Shown one piece after another: positions 59,718 to 64,000 of a stretch of 64,000 nucleotides of DNA (positions are counted from its first letter, which is position 1; every line of letters begins with the position of its first letter). Origin of the DNA: a virus; the IMG/VR virus record IMGVR_UViG_3300044609_000960, positions 95,263 through 159,262 of that record; one strand, written 5' to 3'. The position numbers and the translations under genes were made by a program. The notes beneath the pieces were generated by a model. It did no database searches. It was not told where the DNA came from and saw only the letters and a program-made list of their open reading frames with translations.

Positions 59718-60883
59718 GCATCGAAAAAACAATTGTCAAGTCCCGAGTAAAACTTCTCAAGGAATCGCCATTCTTTGGCACTTTATTGCTCAATACTCGG
59801 TATAAGATCACTGAGGATATTTCCACTGCTGCCACAGATGGCGATCTCTTGATGCTCAATGAGCAGTTTATGGAGTCACAATCTCCAGAGCATTTCCGCT
59901 CTATCCTCCTTCACGAGGTATTGCATATGGCTCTGGAGCATATCGAGAGGATGAAGGATGTCTTTGATAGTGATCCATTAACTGCTAATCTTGCCGCTGA
60001 CATCGTCGTCAATGGGATTATCCAAGATAATCGTATGCTCCTCCCTAAGGAGGCAATCACAGACCCAGACCTGAAGCATCTTAGTGTTAGAGAGATATAC
60101 AATATCCTCAAACAAAAACAACAAGAAGATCCAAACTTCTTGAAGAATAAATACGGGACAGACGGCAATAACGTCAATCAATGCCTCCAACCATCTAGTG
60201 ATGGCAATAGTAAGACTAAAGAAGGCAATGGTCCATCTTCCAAAGGAGATAAAACTAATTGGAAAGACGTGCTTAATAAAGCAGCAACAATCGCCCGGAG
60301 TAAAAACGCTGGACCAGTTGGTTCTGGATTGAGTCGGATATTCAAGGAATTCCTTGAGCCTACTATTAATTGGAAAGATATCCTTTATAGATATATTACT
60401 GCTTCCCGCACTGACTTTGAAGGGTTTGATCGGCGTATGATCCACCAAGGCCTCTATCTCGATGATCTTGGTGGAGGGAAGATTAAAGTTGCTTTGTTCT
60501 TAGATACCTCGGGATCTGTGGATGAGCAATTATTGTCTGAGTTCTTTGCCGAGGTAAAGTTTGCTGTCAATGCCCTGCCCAATACCGAAGGAGAAATGTG
60601 GTATTTTGATACCGAACTCTATCCAGAAGGTGATATTAAAGAGATCTCAGTTCCTAAGATCAAAGGGGGAGGAGGTACATCATTCAAGCCCGTTATGAAG
60701 AAACTTCAAGAACTCCATGAGGAGGATGCTTCCTCTCAGATTCTTGGTATTGTATTTACTGATGGGTATGCTAGGGTGGATAATTGGCCTGAACCTGATT
60801 GCGGTTTGTTGTGGTGCATTAGTCCCGGTGGAGTGGATAATGAATACTTTCCATGCGGCGATGTGGTTAGGATCGTTAAGTGA
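59714..60883 (+). CDS. DUF2201-type metallopeptidase plus VWA domain protein
   Basis: TAATDG, HEVLH, DTSGS (MIDAS), GGGGT.F, FTDG. Confidence 0.9.
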   Translation: MSIEKTIVKSRVKLLKESPFFGTLLLNTRYKITEDISTAATDGDLLMLNEQFMESQSPEHFRSILLHEVLHMALEHIERMKDVFDSDPLTANLAADIVVNGIIQDNRMLLPKEAITDPDLKHLSVREIYNILKQKQQEDPNFLKNKYGTDGNNVNQCLQPSSDGNSKTKEGNGPSSKGDKTNWKDVLNKAATIARSKNAGPVGSGLSRIFKEFLEPTINWKDILYRYITASRTDFEGFDRRMIHQGLYLDDLGGGKIKVALFLDTSGSVDEQLLSEFFAEVKFAVNALPNTEGEMWYFDTELYPEGDIKEISVPKIKGGGGTSFKPVMKKLQELHEEDASSQILGIVFTDGYARVDNWPEPDCGLLWCISPGGVDNEYFPCGDVVRIVK

Positions 60884-60913
60884 TAGTTTAAAGTAGACTA
60901 TATAGTAACTGAT

Positions 60914-61126
60914 ATGGCAGATCCAGGATTTGAAAATGGCTGGGAAGTCCCCGGCCATGATTACCAGGCACATAGTGGAGCTACTGCTTCTCATGGACCC
61001 ACTCAAGTGGTATATAAGAAGGGTGGAGCATCCGGCAAAGTTGTAGCAACTGAGACCATTACCTACGACGTTAACAATAATATCGCCACCCGTTCCATCG
61101 CCTGGGAACCAGACATTCTCATGTGA
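60914..61126 (+). CDS. Small putative virion protein
   Basis: 70 aa; YKKGGASG.VVAT.T.TYD; GTTTAAAG upstream. Confidence 0.6.
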   Translation: MADPGFENGWEVPGHDYQAHSGATASHGPTQVVYKKGGASGKVVATETITYDVNNNIATRSIAWEPDILM

Positions 61127-61135
61127 GTATAAGTA

Positions 61136-62536
61136 ATGCCATTTTATAGTAATCCACTAGAAACTCATCCTGTTGATGAGGCCATTAGCGTAGCCAATAA
61201 TAAGATGTTCTACGTTCATCAGCTTGCTGATACGCGTGGGATAATCATCGATCCATTCTCCCTGTCGAGTTCGTCCTCTTCGGCCTCGGCAGGGTTTATA
61301 GATGCTTTTGGCCGGCAGCGAATATCCCAGCCTCATACCATCGGAGACTATAAGCATCTTTACGCCATAGATCCTAACTTTCTAGATAGTTTGAATGCTG
61401 GAGGAGCCGTAAATTTTGATCCGAATAAAGCCGCGGCTACTCTATCTACGTCTAGTAACCCGGCATCTTACGCCATCCATCAGACAAAACTATACCACCA
61501 ATATCAACCAGGAAAGTCCCAACTTATCCTATCATCATTTGTTTTTGGAACTGCTGTTACTAATGTAACTAAGCGGACTGGATACTTCGATGATAGAAAC
61601 GGAATCTACTTCGAGCAGACAGGCAATGGTACTCTTAACTGGGTAATTAGGAATTATGTTACCGGATCTCCAGTTGAAACTGGTAATCGTATAGCTCAAG
61701 CAGACTGGAATGTTGATCCATGCGATGGCACTGGTCCTAGTGGATTTGATATTGATATCACTAAAACCCAACTCATCTTCATCGACTTTCAATGGCTAGG
61801 AGTTGGTAGGGTTAGATGCGGATTTGTCCATAATGGAACAATGATCATCGCCCATGAATATCTCCATTCAAATGAGAGAGATACCGTCTATCTCTCATCC
61901 CCCAATCTCCCTGTGAGATGTGAGATTAGAAATACCGGCGCGACTACTGGCGGATCTTTTGACCAGATCTGCTCCACTGTGCAAAGTGAAGGGGGCTACC
62001 AAGAAACAGGGATAGACTGGGAAGTAGCTAATACATCTATGAGAAACACTCCGACTCCAGGTGGTTCTGCTTTTCCAGTCTTAGCAATACGTCTCAGAAA
62101 TACCTTTGGTGGTACTCAGAATCGTATAAGCGCTATACTTACTAATGTGGGATTATATGTGGAGACTAAACCAATTCGTTATGAGATTGTTAAGTTACCT
62201 GGCGTTTCAAGTTTAACAACTACTAATGTAGGTGGGTTAGTCTGGACGGATGTAGATATAAATAATAGTGGAGTACAGTATTGCGTCAATGCTACTGGTT
62301 ACGTTTCTACTGGCGCATCTTCTCTATTTGGAGGGTTCTCATCCGCTGGTACTTCTCAGAACTCTCGAAGTGAAGTAGGAGCAGGGGGACTTACTGCTTC
62401 CAAGAAGAACTTTATCTCACAGAATTATGACTCATCTGATTCTGAGATCTATGCAGTTCTGGTTCGTACCATCGCCACTGGGCCAAGTGACTCAGCATCC
62501 GTAGCCTGCTCTCTCCAATGGAGAGAAGTCTATTAA
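61136..62536 (+). CDS. Putative virion structural protein
   Basis: DAFGR.R.S.P, YQPGKSQ, QWLGVGRVR, terminal W.E; beta-rich. Confidence 0.65.
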   Translation: MPFYSNPLETHPVDEAISVANNKMFYVHQLADTRGIIIDPFSLSSSSSSASAGFIDAFGRQRISQPHTIGDYKHLYAIDPNFLDSLNAGGAVNFDPNKAAATLSTSSNPASYAIHQTKLYHQYQPGKSQLILSSFVFGTAVTNVTKRTGYFDDRNGIYFEQTGNGTLNWVIRNYVTGSPVETGNRIAQADWNVDPCDGTGPSGFDIDITKTQLIFIDFQWLGVGRVRCGFVHNGTMIIAHEYLHSNERDTVYLSSPNLPVRCEIRNTGATTGGSFDQICSTVQSEGGYQETGIDWEVANTSMRNTPTPGGSAFPVLAIRLRNTFGGTQNRISAILTNVGLYVETKPIRYEIVKLPGVSSLTTTNVGGLVWTDVDINNSGVQYCVNATGYVSTGASSLFGGFSSAGTSQNSRSEVGAGGLTASKKNFISQNYDSSDSEIYAVLVRTIATGPSDSASVACSLQWREVY

Positions 62537-62539
62537 TCC

Positions 62540-62568
62540 TTGACATAACAACAGATCTATGATAAGAT
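62540..62568 (+). promoter_or_regulatory. Sigma70-type promoter
   Basis: TTGACA-N17-TAAGAT with TG extension. Confidence 0.85.
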
Positions 62569-62596
62569 GGGGAAGAGAAATCTTCCCTTTCTTTTT

Positions 62597-63355
62597 ATGC
62601 CAGAACTGGTTAAACTCGTCCATGTTACTCCCGAGGCCGAGCATCTCATCACCGACATGGCGCGTGTGTCGGCTCCCAAGAACCAAGGGAATTATGATAC
62701 TGCCTCGCGTCTAATCAAATACCTAATTAAACATCGTCATTGGAGTCCATTTGAAATGGCATCAATGGCCGTAGAGATTAACACTACTCGCGATATCGCA
62801 GCGCAAATCATCCGTCATCGTTCCTTCAGTTTCCAAGAGTTCTCCCAGCGATACGCTGATGTGAAGGACCTTGGACAGATTTGTGTCCCTGAGTTCCGTC
62901 GTCAAGATACCAAAAACCGTCAGAACTCTATCAATGACCTTGATCCTGAGTTGGTCAAAGCATTCGAGCAACGTACCCGTATGCTCTTTGCAGAATCCCA
63001 AGAACTCTACGACGACATGCTCGAGGCAGGGATTGCTAAAGAATGCGCTCGTAAAGTCCTGCCGATGAACTCCCCGAGTAGGATTTATATGCATGGTACT
63101 CTACGTTCTTGGATGCATTATATTGAGCTTCGTTGTTCTAATGGAACACAGAAAGAGCATATGGATATCGCTAACGATATCGCCGATATTTTCGCTGAAC
63201 AATTCCCATCTATCTATCAAGCTTTAGAGGAAATCAAGGGTGAACCGGAACCTCAACCCAAACCTTATGTGATCCCAGAACCTAAAAAAGCCCCCAAGCG
63301 GACTTGGAGGCAAAGGATCAAGGATTATCTTTTGGATCGAATTTTTGATCTATAA
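62597..63355 (+). CDS. thyX: Flavin-dependent thymidylate synthase
   Basis: HWSPFE, RHRSFSFQEFSQRY (RHRx7S), KECAR.VLP, TQKEH; track ATG 62567 overlaps the -10 element. Confidence 0.96.
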   Translation: MPELVKLVHVTPEAEHLITDMARVSAPKNQGNYDTASRLIKYLIKHRHWSPFEMASMAVEINTTRDIAAQIIRHRSFSFQEFSQRYADVKDLGQICVPEFRRQDTKNRQNSINDLDPELVKAFEQRTRMLFAESQELYDDMLEAGIAKECARKVLPMNSPSRIYMHGTLRSWMHYIELRCSNGTQKEHMDIANDIADIFAEQFPSIYQALEEIKGEPEPQPKPYVIPEPKKAPKRTWRQRIKDYLLDRIFDL

Positions 63356-63808
63356 TTAACCGATATAGGTTTTTTTAAGAAGAAGCAAAAGTTCGGGGGC
63401 GTTGATAGACTTAGTGTCTACGGCGCTCCTAATTTTATCTGCAACTGCACGTTCTTTATCGCCAATAACCCCTTTCTCGATCTTTTCAGATGCGATTTGA
63501 GGGATCCATTGTTGTGAGATAACACGGACAATCTTATTAACTTCTTCGATAGTTAGTTTGCCATCATAACCAACTTCTATGGCAAGGGCAATAGCGCGAT
63601 CGATATCTCCGTCTTTCCATCCTTGAAGACTTCCGTCTAGGATCGGATCGACAATATTATAAATAGTTTTTATTGAGGGTCCGAGTTTTGAAAGCAGAAA
63701 CTTAGCTGCGAGTTTATCCCAACCAGCAATGATAGCACCAGCAGCAGCACCACTGGCAGCGCTGAGAATAGCCGGAAGGATCTGTGTTGAGAACCAAGCG
63801 GTGAGCAT
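63356..63808 (-). CDS. Hypothetical membrane-associated protein
   Basis: 150 aa, N-terminal hydrophobic Ala-rich helix, AGGAGG RBS. Confidence 0.65.
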   Translation of the reverse strand: MLTAWFSTQILPAILSAASGAAAGAIIAGWDKLAAKFLLSKLGPSIKTIYNIVDPILDGSLQGWKDGDIDRAIALAIEVGYDGKLTIEEVNKIVRVISQQWIPQIASEKIEKGVIGDKERAVADKIRSAVDTKSINAPELLLLLKKTYIG

Positions 63809-64000
63809 AATATAGTACCTCCTAGTTGTCCTTAAACGATAATTGTCTCCGCCCCATTGTCATGTGGATATGGCGGGGAATTGTGACAATTTTTAAAAAA
63901 CACCCACGCCAGCCTAGGCTTGCTGTGCCTATATGCCGGCTACAAAGTGTGCATAACCCTCGCCACGCAGGGCGGCGCCCGAGAACTACACTTAAATCAG

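Overview
A 64 kb, very compact segment of a lytic contractile-tailed phage, almost certainly a cyanophage. Host markers are a cyanobacterial Mo-nitro_C-like gene, a DUF4278-like peptide behind tandem glnA glutamine riboswitches, and a group-3-like sigma factor; phoH, hsp20 and a lysozyme-C39 lysin fit this. It is not T4-like in layout: P2/CIS-type baseplate genes, large terminase, tail fibre and tape measure are interleaved with replication and nucleotide genes (prim-pol, SF3 helicase, 5'-3' exonuclease, putative SSB, NrdA-Grx, NrdB, ThyX). No capsid, portal, tRNA or CRISPR array was recognised. Two candidate undescribed systems stand out. (1) A cytosine-modification pathway: a thymidylate-synthase homologue with Asp at the Asn177 specificity position (dCMP-type) coexists with an intact ThyX, an all-alpha dNTP pyrophosphatase, a dNMP kinase and an atypical C5-methyltransferase. 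The synthase homologue, kinase and pyrophosphatase share an identical TGATAGAAT promoter element. (2) Seven mostly unrelated proteins share a hydrophobic-x-x-P[DE]GW peptide tag, most lying downstream of a putative late promoter motif; they include a 918-aa kinase + ADP-ribosyltransferase effector and an HNH nuclease, suggesting a virion cargo-addressing system. Two promoter classes (GTTTAAAG and extended -10 TGATAGAAT) partition the genes by function. All assignments are by eye from motifs; no searches were run.
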